The notes under the pieces: model-generated
The model's input: only the letters and a program-made list of their open reading frames with translations
What the model was told of the DNA's origin: nothing
The model's database searches: none
Source of the DNA: a bacterium
Lineage (GTDB): Bacteria > UBA8248
DNA: 64,000 bases
Assembly: GCA_965203325.1 (NCBI GenBank)
Contig: OZ241875.1
Coordinates: forward strand, 384,001-448,000
Direction: 5' to 3'
In this document: one piece after another, positions 33,739-44,281 of the stretch
Layout: each line of letters opens with the position of its first letter
How positions within the stretch are numbered: the stretch's first letter is position 1
Translations under genes and position numbers: made by a program

Positions 33739-34386
33739 CTATTCGGTCTTTTCTTCCTCTTCTTCTGCGTCCTGGTTTTCTTCCGGCTCATCCTCCGAAA
33801 CGGCCTCAGCCGCCTCCGCCGTCGCTTCTGCTTCGGTCTCTACTTCGTCCGCGGCCTCAGTGGCTTCTCCCGCCTCGGCGGCGGCTGCCTCTTCCGTCTC
33901 GGCAGCAGCTTCTTCCGCTTCGGCCTCGGCCGCCAGGGACGCTTCATCGGGCATCACCTTCACCTGAACCGACGCTCTCACTTCCTGGTGCAGGCGAATG
34001 TCGACGTCATAAGTACCCACTTTTTTAATCGGCTCGTCCAGAACGATTCTCCTGCGGTTGACCTCAAGACCCTTCTCCTGCAGGGCGTCCTCGATCATCC
34101 GGTTCGTCACCGAGCCGAACAGCCTGCCGTCCGCGCCCACGCGCATCGAGAATTCGAGCTCGACGCCGGAGAATTCTCCCGCATAATCCTGCGCGCTGCG
34201 TTTCGCCGCCTGGATTTGCGCATCGCGCAGCCGCTGCTCGTGCTGCGTCGCGCGCACCGTGCTCGCCGTGGCGTGAAGCGCCAGACCTTTCGGGATGAGG
34301 TAGTTGAGCCCGTAGCCGTCGGCTACCTCGACGACGTCTCCCACCTCTCCGAGACTCTCTATGTCCTTACGCAATATCAAGCGCAT
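33739..34386 (-). CDS. rplI: 50S ribosomal protein L9 with long acidic C-terminal tail
   Basis: LGEVGDVVEVADGYGLNYLIPKG, RLFGSVT. Confidence 0.95.
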   Translation of the reverse strand: MRLILRKDIESLGEVGDVVEVADGYGLNYLIPKGLALHATASTVRATQHEQRLRDAQIQAAKRSAQDYAGEFSGVELEFSMRVGADGRLFGSVTNRMIEDALQEKGLEVNRRRIVLDEPIKKVGTYDVDIRLHQEVRASVQVKVMPDEASLAAEAEAEEAAAETEEAAAAEAGEATEAADEVETEAEATAEAAEAVSEDEPEENQDAEEEEEKTE

Positions 34387-34403
34387 CGTTCAATATCTCC
34401 GAC

Positions 34404-34673
34404 TTATGAATGGTCTACGGTGTAGGGCATCAACGCCATGTAGCGGGCGCGCTTAATCGCCGTCGTCAACTGCCGCTGGAAGCGGGCGGAAGTGCCGGTC
34501 ACGCGGCGGGGAATGATTTTTCCCCGCTCACTCACCATGTTTCGAAGCGTTTTCACGTCCTTGTAGTCGATATACGCCACGCCATCCGCCGAGAAGCGGC
34601 ATATCTTCTTTCGCTGAAAACGCTTTTTTCTCTTCCTCTTCTTATCACCGAATCCACGGGGAACAAGCGCCAT
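34404..34673 (-). CDS. rpsR: 30S ribosomal protein S18
   Basis: [31 protein letters not shown]. Confidence 0.96.
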   Translation of the reverse strand: MALVPRGFGDKKRKRKKRFQRKKICRFSADGVAYIDYKDVKTLRNMVSERGKIIPRRVTGTSARFQRQLTTAIKRARYMALMPYTVDHS

Positions 34674-34708
34674 ATCTATCTCCTAAAACGAATCGACAAG
34701 TTTCGATA

Positions 34709-35131
34709 TCAAAATGGGATGTCATCGTCCGTCATGGGCGATTCTTGCGGCGGCGGCGTGTAGGATTCCGTGTTTCTCGACCCGCCGCCTCCGGTCCTCT
34801 CGTCCCGGGTGGTCAGGAAATGGACATTTTGCGCCACCACCTCGTGCTTGCTGCGTCTCGAGCCGTCCTGCGCTTCCCAGGAGCGGAAGCTCAAACGCCC
34901 TTCCACCACAAGCGGGCTGCCCTTGCCCGTCTGCTCCATCACCCAGTCGCCCTGACGGCCATAGACGACCACATCCACGAAGCAGGTATCCTCTTTCCAC
35001 TCATCCCCGCTACGGTATCGCCGATTGACCGCGAACCCGAAAGAAACCACGGAATTCCCGGAAGGCAGAAACCGTTTTTCCGGATCGCGCGTCATGTTGC
35101 CGCGGAGGTACACAGAATTCATTTGAGCCAT
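34709..35131 (-). CDS. ssb: Single-stranded DNA-binding protein
   Basis: GNMTRDPE, VEGRL, C-terminal DDDIPF. Confidence 0.96.
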   Translation of the reverse strand: MAQMNSVYLRGNMTRDPEKRFLPSGNSVVSFGFAVNRRYRSGDEWKEDTCFVDVVVYGRQGDWVMEQTGKGSPLVVEGRLSFRSWEAQDGSRRSKHEVVAQNVHFLTTRDERTGGGGSRNTESYTPPPQESPMTDDDIPF

Positions 35132-35148
35132 AACAATACCCCTGCCAT

Positions 35149-35559
35149 TTACGAGTCGCCCGACGAGGCGGACGCGGGCCGGCGTGGGGAATCCCCATCA
35201 CCACCCTCAGAAGCGCTTTCTCGTTCCCTGGCGGCCGCGCTTTTTGCGTTTTTCTCGAGTTTTCTCAGGAGCACCTCATCCATTCGCACCGTCATATAAC
35301 GCCACGTCTCTTCATCGATGCGCATATCGCGCTCGATGTCCGCCACCACTTCGGGTTCTGAATGATACGTGACGATGAAATAGATGCCGTGCCGCTGGCG
35401 CTGGATGGGATAGGCGAGGCGCTTCTTGCCCCACCGGTCTACGTTCAGAATTTCTCCGCCCCCCTCGGTCACCTTTTTCTCGAAACCGGAAATCTTCTCC
35501 TCCACGGTTTCATCGGTGAGTTCGGGGGACAGCAAAACCATCGTTTCGTACTGTCTCAT
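35149..35559 (-). CDS. rpsF: 30S ribosomal protein S6
   Basis: MRQYETMV, WGKKRLAYPI; ATG 35559 behind GGAGGAG RBS. Confidence 0.95.
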   Translation of the reverse strand: MRQYETMVLLSPELTDETVEEKISGFEKKVTEGGGEILNVDRWGKKRLAYPIQRQRHGIYFIVTYHSEPEVVADIERDMRIDEETWRYMTVRMDEVLLRKLEKNAKSAAARERESASEGGDGDSPRRPASASSGDS

Positions 35560-35564
35560 CTCGT

Positions 35565-35615
35565 CCTCCTCCCGGACTGAGCGGCCCCGGCCTCTGTCGA
35601 CCGGAGCGAGGAGCC
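35565..35615 (-). promoter_or_regulatory. S6:S18-binding ribosomal protein leader (autoregulatory RNA)
   Basis: Minus strand CTCCTcg-CTCCGGTC...GGCCGGGG-CCG-ctcagtcc-GGGAGGAG: inner stem, CCG motif, outer stem pairing with the RBS. Confidence 0.75.
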
Positions 35616-35716
35616 AATAATATAGCCGAAGGTTAGCACACATGCCCCCGGCGGGCCATAGCGGCTCCGACAAGGAGCCGCGAAAACGCTGCTTTGGTTC
35701 CAGACCCTCGTTTTCG

Positions 35717-37714
35717 CTAGAAAAGCGGCGCCAACACGAGGGAGACGATGGACATCAACTTAATCAGGATGTTCATCGAGGGGCCCGAGGTGTCCTTCAT
35801 CGGGTCTCCCACCGTATCGCCCACGACCGCCGCCTTGTGGGCCTCGGAGCCCTTGCCGCCGAGTTTGCCGTCTTCAATCTCTTTTTTCGCATTGTCCCAG
35901 GCGCCGCCCGCATTCGCCATCAGCAAGGCGACCAGAACGCCCGAGAGCAGCGCGCCGGCCAGCATGCCGCCAAGCGCCTCTTTGCCCATCAGATACCCCA
36001 CCACGATGGGCGCGACCACGGCCACAACGCCGGGGAGGACCATCTCCTTGAGAGCGGCCTGCGTGCTGATGTCGACGCAGCGCGCGCTGTCGGGGTCCGC
36101 CGTGCCCTCCATGATGCCGGGAATCTCGCGGAACTGACGCCTGATCTCCTGGATCATGATGAAGGCGGCCTTGCCGACGGATTTCATGGTGAGCGCTCCG
36201 ATGAGGAACGGTATCGCCCCGCCGATGAACATGCCGGCCACCACCTTCGCCTCTGTGAGGTTGATCTGCTGCAGATCGGCCGCTTTCGTGTATGCGGCGT
36301 AAAACGCCAGCGCCGTCAGGGCGGCGGAGCCGATGGCGAATCCCTTGCCGATGGCCGCCGTGGTGTTGCCCAGCGCGTCGAGGCCGTCGGTGATCTTCCG
36401 CGTCTCCGGCCCCAACTCGCTCATTTCCGTGATTCCGCCCGCGTTATCGGCAATCGGGCCATACGCGTCGACCGACATCGTGATGCCGATCGTCGCCAGC
36501 ATTCCCACGGCGGCGATGGAGATGCCGTAGAGCCCCGCCCAGCCGTTCGAGACCAGGGTAATCACCGCCAGTACGAGCAGGGGAGCGCACACGCTCTCGA
36601 GACCCACGGCGAAGCCGCCGATGATGTTCGTCGCCACTCCGGTCTCGGATGCGGCGACGATTTCGCCGACGGGCTTTCCGCCCGTTCCGGTGTAATACTC
36701 GGTGAGCCAGCCGATGAGGACGCCGCCGGCGGCGCCGAAGAGAACCGAGCCGAACACGCCGTTATTCAGGCCCAGCGTGCTGGTGACGAAAAAAGCCAGG
36801 ATGATGAATATGACCGTCGCGATTCCGGTGGCGCTCCTGAGGGCGACGGCCGGGTTTTTCGAGGCCAGCACCTTCATCGAGGCGATGCCTACCGAGGAGG
36901 CGATGAGACCCATCATGGCGAGCAGCAGGGGCAGCGCCATCGCCGCCGCGCTGTTCGCGCCCAGGGAAACGCCGATAGTCGAGCCGATGAATATCGTCGA
37001 AATGATGGCGCCGACGTAGGATTCGAACAGGTCGGCGCCCATGCCGGCGACGTCCCCCACGCAGTCGCCCACGTTGTCGGCGATGACGGCCGGGTTCCTC
37101 GGATCGTCCTCGGGAATGTTCGCCTCCACCTTGCCGACGAGGTCCGCGCCCACGTCCGCCGTTTTCGTGAAAATACCGCCGCCCACACGCGCAAACAGCG
37201 CGATGGAGCTCGCCCCCATCGAGAAGCCGCTGATGATGGTCACGTTCGTCGCGTTCCCCAGCACGTCGAAATACCAGAACAACACGCCTACGCCCAGAAG
37301 ACCCAGGCTCGCGACGGAAAGGCCCATGACGGTTCCGCCGAAGAACGCCATGGAGAGCGCGCCCGCCTGGCCGGCTCCTGAATTCGCCGCCGCCGCCGTT
37401 CTCACGTTCGCCTTCGTCGCCGAGTTCATGCCGAAAAACCCGGCGAGAACCGAGCAGATGGCGCCGACGATGAAGGCGATACCCGTTTTCGCGGATATGG
37501 CGACGCTCAGAAGAACGAACACGACCACGACGAAAATCGCGAGAATTTTGTATTCCCTTTTCAGGAACACCATTGCCCCTTCGTGAATCTGGCCGGCGAG
37601 TTTCCGCATCAACTCGTTGCCGTCGGATTGTTTGGAAATCCAGGCGTAAATCGCCCCCGCCAGTACCAACCCCGCAATCCCGAAGATTGCGGCCATATTT
37701 GAGAAAGCAACCAT
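35717..37714 (-). CDS. hppA: Membrane pyrophosphatase, K+-dependent (probably Na+-translocating)
   Basis: [39 protein letters not shown]; many TM helices. Confidence 0.93.
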   Translation of the reverse strand: MVAFSNMAAIFGIAGLVLAGAIYAWISKQSDGNELMRKLAGQIHEGAMVFLKREYKILAIFVVVVFVLLSVAISAKTGIAFIVGAICSVLAGFFGMNSATKANVRTAAAANSGAGQAGALSMAFFGGTVMGLSVASLGLLGVGVLFWYFDVLGNATNVTIISGFSMGASSIALFARVGGGIFTKTADVGADLVGKVEANIPEDDPRNPAVIADNVGDCVGDVAGMGADLFESYVGAIISTIFIGSTIGVSLGANSAAAMALPLLLAMMGLIASSVGIASMKVLASKNPAVALRSATGIATVIFIILAFFVTSTLGLNNGVFGSVLFGAAGGVLIGWLTEYYTGTGGKPVGEIVAASETGVATNIIGGFAVGLESVCAPLLVLAVITLVSNGWAGLYGISIAAVGMLATIGITMSVDAYGPIADNAGGITEMSELGPETRKITDGLDALGNTTAAIGKGFAIGSAALTALAFYAAYTKAADLQQINLTEAKVVAGMFIGGAIPFLIGALTMKSVGKAAFIMIQEIRRQFREIPGIMEGTADPDSARCVDISTQAALKEMVLPGVVAVVAPIVVGYLMGKEALGGMLAGALLSGVLVALLMANAGGAWDNAKKEIEDGKLGGKGSEAHKAAVVGDTVGDPMKDTSGPSMNILIKLMSIVSLVLAPLF

Positions 37715-37795
37715 TATCTCCCTTTCCTCCTCCTCACGGGCTGTTTAGCGAGAGGTATTAAGATGGACTTTCATTTTGCAATGAAAAAGGCGGAT

Positions 37796-38341
37796 TCAAG
37801 GTCTATTGCCGACAACGAAATCAAATGCCCGCTGCACCGCCTCATCAACAGCCGGTTCCACTGCTTCGAGTTCATGATCGAGAAAAGTATCCAACAACCA
37901 ATCCGCGCCGTCCGCTCCATTCGGCGGTCTGCCCACCCCGATGCGCAGACGGGAAAACATATCCGTCCCCAATGAGTGGATGATGCTGCCGACCCCGTGG
38001 TGGCCCGCGTCTCCACCCGATTTCTTGAATTTCACACGACCCGGCTCGATATCCATGTCGTCGTGCATGACGAGTAAATCTTCAGGCCCCAGCCCTTCTC
38101 CGAGCAGGAGCGCCCTCACGGCCTTGCCGCTTAAATTCATGAACGTCTGGGGCTTCGCGAGTATGAATTTCCATCCCCTGAGCGACCCGCTGCCCAGGAC
38201 GGAATGGTATTTCGAATCATTCATCGAAACGCGATGGGCGCGGGCCATCCTGTCCACCGCCCAGAAACCCAGATTGTGCCTCGTCAACGCGTACTCTATT
38301 CCGGGGTTGCCGAGACCGACGATCAAGACAGCAGCAGCCAT
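37796..38341 (-). CDS. pth: Peptidyl-tRNA hydrolase
   Basis: VGLGNPG, TRHNLG, KPQTFMNLSG, HDDMD, RLRIGVGRP. Confidence 0.96.
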   Translation of the reverse strand: MAAAVLIVGLGNPGIEYALTRHNLGFWAVDRMARAHRVSMNDSKYHSVLGSGSLRGWKFILAKPQTFMNLSGKAVRALLLGEGLGPEDLLVMHDDMDIEPGRVKFKKSGGDAGHHGVGSIIHSLGTDMFSRLRIGVGRPPNGADGADWLLDTFLDHELEAVEPAVDEAVQRAFDFVVGNRP

Positions 38342-38383
38342 TCACACCCCAGTCTCAGTACTGCCGGCTTCCCGCACGAACCA

Positions 38384-39061
38384 TCAGTCGGAAGACTCGG
38401 CCGCTTCGTCCCCCTCATCGTCAGAAGCTTCGGCCTCCGCCCCTTCTTCTCCTTCGCCTTCGCCGACAAGCAATTCATCCTCGACCTCTTCTTCCTCTTC
38501 CTCGACGGGAACCATAACCGTAAAGACGGGATCATCGGGGTCAGCCACCAGTTCCACGCCCTCGGGAAGCTGAAGATCGCGCACGTGAATCACATCACCG
38601 ATTTCCACCTCCGAAATATCGACCTCGACATGCTCCGGAATGGCGTTCGGCAGGCAGGATATCTCCAGTTCACGCAGCAATTGAGAGAGCGTGCCGCCCA
38701 TTTTCTCCCCGGGCGCCTCGCCCGCCAGAGAGAGAGGCACGGCGATCTCGATTTTCTCGTCCATCCGGATTTCCAGAAAATCCGCATGCAAAATCGTGCC
38801 CCTCATCGGGTCGCGCTGAAGCTCCTTTACGATAACCGGACGCTCCGAAGCGGCGTCGCCCTCGACGTTGAGCTGGAAAACGACGTTGGCCCCGGCCCTC
38901 GTACCGAGCAAGGCCTCCAGTTCCTTGGGCTTGATGGTCAAGGGCGTGGAATCCTGAATTCCGTACACGACGCCCGGTATGTTGCCGGCATTTCTCACTG
39001 CACGGGCGCCGCTCTTTCCTGTTTGCGTTCTCTTATCCACCGAGAGAGATAAATTTTCCAT
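38384..39061 (-). CDS. rplY: 50S ribosomal protein L25/Ctc
   Basis: IPGVVYG, LHADF, IHVRDL; acidic tail. Confidence 0.94.
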   Translation of the reverse strand: MENLSLSVDKRTQTGKSGARAVRNAGNIPGVVYGIQDSTPLTIKPKELEALLGTRAGANVVFQLNVEGDAASERPVIVKELQRDPMRGTILHADFLEIRMDEKIEIAVPLSLAGEAPGEKMGGTLSQLLRELEISCLPNAIPEHVEVDISEVEIGDVIHVRDLQLPEGVELVADPDDPVFTVMVPVEEEEEEVEDELLVGEGEGEEGAEAEASDDEGDEAAESSD

Positions 39062-39097
39062 TTTTTACTCCAGATATGCCTCCGACGCTCCAGCCGA

Positions 39098-40042
39098 TCA
39101 TTCAAACAAACTGCTGACGGACGCATTCTCGTGAATGCGGCGAATCGCCTCGGCCAAAAGCCTCCCCACCTCCAGCACCTGGATGCGGGAGCAGCCTTTC
39201 GCCTCATCCGAAAGCGGTATCGAATCGCTCACGACAAACTCGACGATGCTTGAATTCTCGATTCTCTCTACCGCCGGACCCGAGAGAACCGCATGTGTGC
39301 AACATGCGTATACCTGACGCGCGCCTGCTTTCATGAGCGCATCTGCGCCCTGGCTCATGGTGCCCGCCGTATCGCAAAGATCATCCACGACCAGAACGTC
39401 GCATCCTTTCACGTCGCCGATGATGTTCATGACTTCCGAGTGGTTCGCCCGCTCGCGCCGCTTGTCGATGATGCCCAGACTCGCGTTCAGCCTCTTCGCG
39501 TAGTCGCGGGCTCTTTCCACGCCTCCGGCGTCGGGCGAGACAACCACGAGATCTTTCAGGTCTTTCTTCTTGAAATACTCTATCATGATAGGCGCCGAAT
39601 ACAGATGGTCCACGGGAATGTCGAAAAACCCCTGTATCTGGCCCGCATGCAAATCCATGGCGATAACACGATCCGCGCCCGAGGCGGCCAGGAGGTTGGC
39701 GACGAGCTTCGCGGTAATCGGCACCCTCGGCTGCACCTTCCGATCCTGACGCGCGTATGCGAAATATGGAATCACCGCCGTGATGCGCTCGGCCGACGAA
39801 CGCCTGAACGCATCAAGCATGATGAGCATTTCCATCAGGTTCGCATTCCCGGGGGTGCAAAGGCTCTGCACGACGAATACGTCCGCGCCCCGGATGTTCT
39901 CGTGTATCCGCACGAACGTTTCGCCATCGCTGAAATCGATGATTTCAAGCGAGCCGGGCTTGATGTACAAAGCTTCGAAAATGCTCTGGTTCAGTGCCGG
40001 ATTCGAGCGCCCGCCAAATACCTTTAATTGGTGTCCGTTCAC
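39098..40042 (-). CDS. prs: Ribose-phosphate pyrophosphokinase
   Basis: FSDGE, YARQDRK, DLHAGQIQGFF, SPDAGG, VDDLCDTAGT. Confidence 0.97.
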   Translation of the reverse strand: MNGHQLKVFGGRSNPALNQSIFEALYIKPGSLEIIDFSDGETFVRIHENIRGADVFVVQSLCTPGNANLMEMLIMLDAFRRSSAERITAVIPYFAYARQDRKVQPRVPITAKLVANLLAASGADRVIAMDLHAGQIQGFFDIPVDHLYSAPIMIEYFKKKDLKDLVVVSPDAGGVERARDYAKRLNASLGIIDKRRERANHSEVMNIIGDVKGCDVLVVDDLCDTAGTMSQGADALMKAGARQVYACCTHAVLSGPAVERIENSSIVEFVVSDSIPLSDEAKGCSRIQVLEVGRLLAEAIRRIHENASVSSLFE

Positions 40043-40185
40043 CGTACCTGCTCACATAGTATTGTTCATGCAATCACAAAGGGCGATTTTTGATACTTGA
40101 TTTTCCGGGCGGAGGCAAGTGGCGGGAGGCGAAATTCTTTCCATTTCCCCATTTTTCAGACATTTTGCCTCACTTTTCGATTTTT

Positions 40186-41097
40186 TCAAGGAAAACACGC
40201 CTCCCGGAGTGGCGTCGTGAGAAAACATTCACATTTTTTCCCCTTTTCACTCTCCTGGATGCGGATTGCCGCTCGCTCGGCCTCCCGTTTGCGGCGAAAA
40301 AAACCAAAAACCGCCGAACCGCTGCCGCTCATCATGGCCCTCACGGCGCCCTGGCGAACGAGCACGGCGCACAGGCGCTCAAGCTCCGGGAATCTCGGAA
40401 AAACGACTCCCTCCAAATCATTGCCGTATTCATACCTCCCGAGGCGCGCCGGGCCGTTTGTTTCGTCGAAATCTCGCCCCGCCCGGCCCAGTCTCTCGCG
40501 GGACCAGCCATAGACTTCGTGCGTGGACAGAGCCACGGGCGGCTTGACCAATAGAAACCAGCCGCTCCTCAGGGCTTCTTTCGCCTCGACTCGCTCGCCC
40601 CGTCCCCGGCACACCGCCGCCGGGCCACATAAAAAAAACGGAACGTCCGAACCGACCTGCGCGGCTACCTCGCAAAGCTCCGCCCTGTCCATCCCGAGAT
40701 TCCAGGCCCGGTTCAGCGCCCAGAGCGCGCCCGCCGCGTTGCCGCTCCCCCCGCCCAGGCCCGCGCCCGCAGGGATGTTCTTTTTCAGAGAAATGCGCGC
40801 TCCCAGCGCCTTGCGTCCCGATGCCGCTCTCAAGGCCCTCGCTGCGCGATGCACGATGTTCTCTCCTCCGCCCGGAACATCATCCCGGTCCGCATACACG
40901 AGAATCCTCTCCCCGCCCGGCTCGACGCGAACCTCGTCATACAGCGATACCTGCTGCATCCATGTGACGATTTCGTGATAGCCGTCGGCGCGCAGACCCA
41001 GGATTCTGAGACACAGGTTGAGCTTTGCGGGCGTCTTCAAAACCAGGGGTGCGGAAACGTCTTTGCGGCTCATGAAACCGGCTATCCTCCCAGCCAC
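40186..41097 (-). CDS. ispE: 4-diphosphocytidyl-2-C-methyl-D-erythritol kinase (start may be ATG 41073)
   Basis: PAKLNL, GYHE, KNIPAGAGLGGGSGNAA, GSDVPFF, MSGSGS. Confidence 0.95.
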   Translation of the reverse strand: MAGRIAGFMSRKDVSAPLVLKTPAKLNLCLRILGLRADGYHEIVTWMQQVSLYDEVRVEPGGERILVYADRDDVPGGGENIVHRAARALRAASGRKALGARISLKKNIPAGAGLGGGSGNAAGALWALNRAWNLGMDRAELCEVAAQVGSDVPFFLCGPAAVCRGRGERVEAKEALRSGWFLLVKPPVALSTHEVYGWSRERLGRAGRDFDETNGPARLGRYEYGNDLEGVVFPRFPELERLCAVLVRQGAVRAMMSGSGSAVFGFFRRKREAERAAIRIQESEKGKKCECFLTTPLREACFP

Positions 41098-41921
41098 AGC
41101 GTTCTGGCGCCTCGCGGCGGCTCCAGGCGGAACAAATCGTCGGGAAGCGCCGTATCCACCGCTCCTTCACCGGCGGGATAGGAGATATGGAGCCGATTCT
41201 TCCCGCCGGGGGCCAGAATCTCCACCTGCGATGGACGCCACACTTTCCCGGTTTTGATAAACCCGCCGTAACGAACCACAATCGCTCCCCGCCGCGTGCG
41301 AATTTCCAATTTCACCGCATGGAAATCCCGAGGCTCCAGTTCGACATAACCCGAAACCACCCCGGCGGACCCTCCCCTCGTCTCGAGCACATACGCGAAA
41401 CCCCTCTTTTTCAAAGCGAGATTTTCCTCGCCCCCCAGCACGACTGCCCAGTCCCCCAGCAAGAGCTTGATGAAAATTTCGCTGTTCAACGGGATTCCCA
41501 GCATCCCCTCAATCCCCTGCCTGTCCGTCCTGCCCATGTATACCGTGTTCCGCGAGGGGGAATAGGCGCGAAACGAGTCGCCTCGCGCGACGACGACCAG
41601 CAGCGGCGTGCCGAACGGAGACAGAGGCTCTAACCGCAGCGAGTCCGGTTTCCTCAGAACCAGGGCCGCGTGGCCGGCGAACGAACCTTGTGGAACCAGG
41701 GGGTTCTCGCGTCTCGCCTTCGAGCGCTCGCCGTGATAGCGCAACTGCATGTATACGGCGCCGCGATACGCGCGAGGGTATCGCCTGGCTTTGAGTCTGG
41801 CGAATACTTCCGCGCGCGACGCATCACGGGGCGGGACCTCCGCGACTTGACCGGATTGGAGGAGCGCGCAACCGGCCAGGGCACAAAACGACACTGCCAG
41901 ACAAAAACGCAAGGTACGCAA
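41082..41921 (-). CDS. LolB-like outer-membrane lipoprotein
   Basis: LAGC lipobox, LRLEPLSPFG; occupies the lolB position between TPR gene and ispE. Confidence 0.65.
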   Translation of the reverse strand: MRTLRFCLAVSFCALAGCALLQSGQVAEVPPRDASRAEVFARLKARRYPRAYRGAVYMQLRYHGERSKARRENPLVPQGSFAGHAALVLRKPDSLRLEPLSPFGTPLLVVVARGDSFRAYSPSRNTVYMGRTDRQGIEGMLGIPLNSEIFIKLLLGDWAVVLGGEENLALKKRGFAYVLETRGGSAGVVSGYVELEPRDFHAVKLEIRTRRGAIVVRYGGFIKTGKVWRPSQVEILAPGGKNRLHISYPAGEGAVDTALPDDLFRLEPPRGARTLWLGG

Positions 41922-42006
41922 GAATCAAATGTCCCTGGTGAGAGAAGTCGAGATAATCCGGGCGGGAGCCAGCAGGCGCGCCAAATGCGCCAACGATCGA
42001 ATTGCC

Positions 42007-43746
42007 CTACATGAGGGGCTTTTTCTCTTTTGGAAGATGTTTTTGAATCTTTTTCTTCAGTTTTTCGTTTTCCGGGTCCTCTTTGGAGGCGCGCTTCCAG
42101 TGCAGGAGCGCCTTTTCCACATCATGCAGGGCCAGGTATATATCGCCCAGGTGATCCAGGATGACGGCGTCCTTGGGCATCTTCGTCGCCGCGTGCTGCA
42201 CCTTCACGAGCGCTTCCTTGAAGCGACCCTGTCGGTAATAAACCCACCCGATGCTGTCGAGAAAAGCGGCGTTTTCCGGCTCGATCGCCAAGGCGCGATC
42301 CAGGAGTTTTTCCGCTTCGTCGAGGTTCTTGTCGAGTTCGGAGAACATATAGCCCAACAGATTCAGGGCGTTGGCGTGTTTTGGATCGATTTGGATGATT
42401 TTTCTCGTGGTCGCCTCCACGTCATCCCAGCGCTTCAACTCGTAATACACGGAGGCGAGAGAATACAAATAACCCTCCCGGTCGGGTTCGAGCTTCACCG
42501 CTCTTTGAAGATGGGGCATCGCTTCGGTGAACTTCTTTTGTCTCGAAAGCAGCAAACCGCGCGTATAATACACCCGGTCTTCATCGGGATGGTGCTTTAC
42601 GGCTTTATCCAGAACTTCGCTCGCCTTCTTCCACTTTTTCTGGTCGATGTACAACCAGGCGAGTTGGATGTGCCCGTCCAGCGACTTGGGCAACAACGAC
42701 AACAATTCGAGAAGCTCCTCCTCGGCGCGCTGATATTGCTCCAACTCTTCGTAAATCCTCGCGACGTACTTGCGAACCATCTCGTCTTTCGGATTTCTCG
42801 CCAGGACGAATCGAAATTCCCGAAGCGCATCCTGATATTCTTTTTGATCGAAGTTCAAAAAACCGAGGGTTCGGTGAACACGCACATTGTCGGGCTCCTC
42901 CGACCCGAGCGCCTTGAACTCTTCCAGCGCCTGCTTGATGTCTTTCTTGCGGATGTAGAGCTGCCCCAGGCGAGAGCGAATGAGGCGGTTGTCGGGCTCG
43001 ATTTTTTGCGCTTTTTTGTAGGTTGCTTCCGCCTCGTCGAACTTTTCCTGCGCCTCATAGAGCCTGGCGAGCAGGAGCATTCCGCGCGTGAACCTGGGCT
43101 GTCTCTTGAGGATATTGGAAATTTCCTTCTCTGCCTCGGCGAATTTTTTCAAGCCCGCATAGGCTTGCGCGAGATTGTACCTGGCGAGTATGGGCCTTAC
43201 CCCCGACTCGACGAGGGTCTCGAGCGTCTCGACGGCTTCGGAATACTTGCCCAAATCCAGGTAGACGCTGCCCAGGAGCAGGCGTGTTTCCTGGTGATCA
43301 GGACTCAATTTCAGTAACTCGTTGTAAGTGGTGACGGCTTCGTCCAGCTTCGTGAGAGAAGCGTATATGCCTCCCAGAACGAAGTGAGCCTCGAGGTTCT
43401 TTGCATCCTGCGCCGTCGCCTTGAGAGCGAATTTTTCGGCCTCGGCCAGTTTCCCCTGACGAACGAGAAGCGACGCCAGGCGAGTCGATAAAAAAGAGGA
43501 GCCCGGATTGTTCTCGACGGCCTGGAGGTAAGACGCCGCCGCATCTTTGAGATTTCCGTCCAGCTCTTCGCGGTAGCCGGCGATAAAATGAAAATAGGAC
43601 TTGGACGTTCCTTTTACTTTGTCTGAAAGCGGACGCAGCTTGACTACGGGCGCAGGCGCTTCGGGCTTCACCTCGGTTTCCAGGGGCGCGCATCCCGCCA
43701 GGATCAGGGCGAGGGGCAATATCATCTTGCCGTAGAATTTCACCAT
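42007..43746 (-). CDS. Tetratricopeptide-repeat lipoprotein
   Basis: LAGC lipobox, many TPRs, ALNLLGY...DSIGWVYY...DHLGD tail; ATG 43746 behind GGAGAGG. Confidence 0.88.
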   Translation of the reverse strand: MVKFYGKMILPLALILAGCAPLETEVKPEAPAPVVKLRPLSDKVKGTSKSYFHFIAGYREELDGNLKDAAASYLQAVENNPGSSFLSTRLASLLVRQGKLAEAEKFALKATAQDAKNLEAHFVLGGIYASLTKLDEAVTTYNELLKLSPDHQETRLLLGSVYLDLGKYSEAVETLETLVESGVRPILARYNLAQAYAGLKKFAEAEKEISNILKRQPRFTRGMLLLARLYEAQEKFDEAEATYKKAQKIEPDNRLIRSRLGQLYIRKKDIKQALEEFKALGSEEPDNVRVHRTLGFLNFDQKEYQDALREFRFVLARNPKDEMVRKYVARIYEELEQYQRAEEELLELLSLLPKSLDGHIQLAWLYIDQKKWKKASEVLDKAVKHHPDEDRVYYTRGLLLSRQKKFTEAMPHLQRAVKLEPDREGYLYSLASVYYELKRWDDVEATTRKIIQIDPKHANALNLLGYMFSELDKNLDEAEKLLDRALAIEPENAAFLDSIGWVYYRQGRFKEALVKVQHAATKMPKDAVILDHLGDIYLALHDVEKALLHWKRASKEDPENEKLKKKIQKHLPKEKKPLM

Positions 43747-43786
43747 AAAGTACGACCTCTCCAACAATCTCTCGCGCCGGATATTA

Positions 43787-44281
43787 TCATAATTTGGATT
43801 TTCCATGCGCACGAATACGGAAGATGAGTTTTTCCGCCGCCCGGCGTAATTGCTCATCCCCCATATCGGCAATGGCGGCACCTATCGCGGCTTCATCGCC
43901 CGAGGAAATCGGCGTCGCTTCCCTGGTATACGCCGCCGGTTCACCCTCATCATCATCGTCGAACGCAAGACCTTCGTTCGAAATCCTGAAGCGGATCTCC
44001 TCGATACGGGAATCCTCCATGTGCTCGTTGATTCTCGCGATCAAATCCTGCTTTCTGAGTTCGAGTTCATACAGCCAACTCGAGTCGGCGACCTCCACGT
44101 GGAGGCAGCCCTTCCTGAAAGATACCGGCCGCGCCGCCCGGGAGATGCCCTCGCCCACGGCCCTGGGCCAGATGCGGAACACGAAATTCCTCGCCAGCCG
44201 CTTGCCCCAGGGCTCTTTCCGGCGCAATTCCCTCAGGATGGATTCGAATCTCCTGGGCTTCGAGAAGGGTTGTTTACTCAC
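43787..44281 (-). CDS. DUF721 / DciA-family protein
   Basis: WPRAVGEGI..ARP...GCLHVEV.DSSWLYEL...LIARIN...IEEIRF pattern. Confidence 0.78.
   Translation of the reverse strand: MSKQPFSKPRRFESILRELRRKEPWGKRLARNFVFRIWPRAVGEGISRAARPVSFRKGCLHVEVADSSWLYELELRKQDLIARINEHMEDSRIEEIRFRISNEGLAFDDDDEGEPAAYTREATPISSGDEAAIGAAIADMGDEQLRRAAEKLIFRIRAHGKSKL

Noticed and set aside
35642..37381. 579-aa + strand ORF over the pyrophosphatase (likewise 41929-43317, 50676-52151, 52174-53754, 55376-56629)
   Set aside because: Antisense or alternate-frame shadows with Arg/Ala/Gly-biased composition, overlapping well-supported genes.
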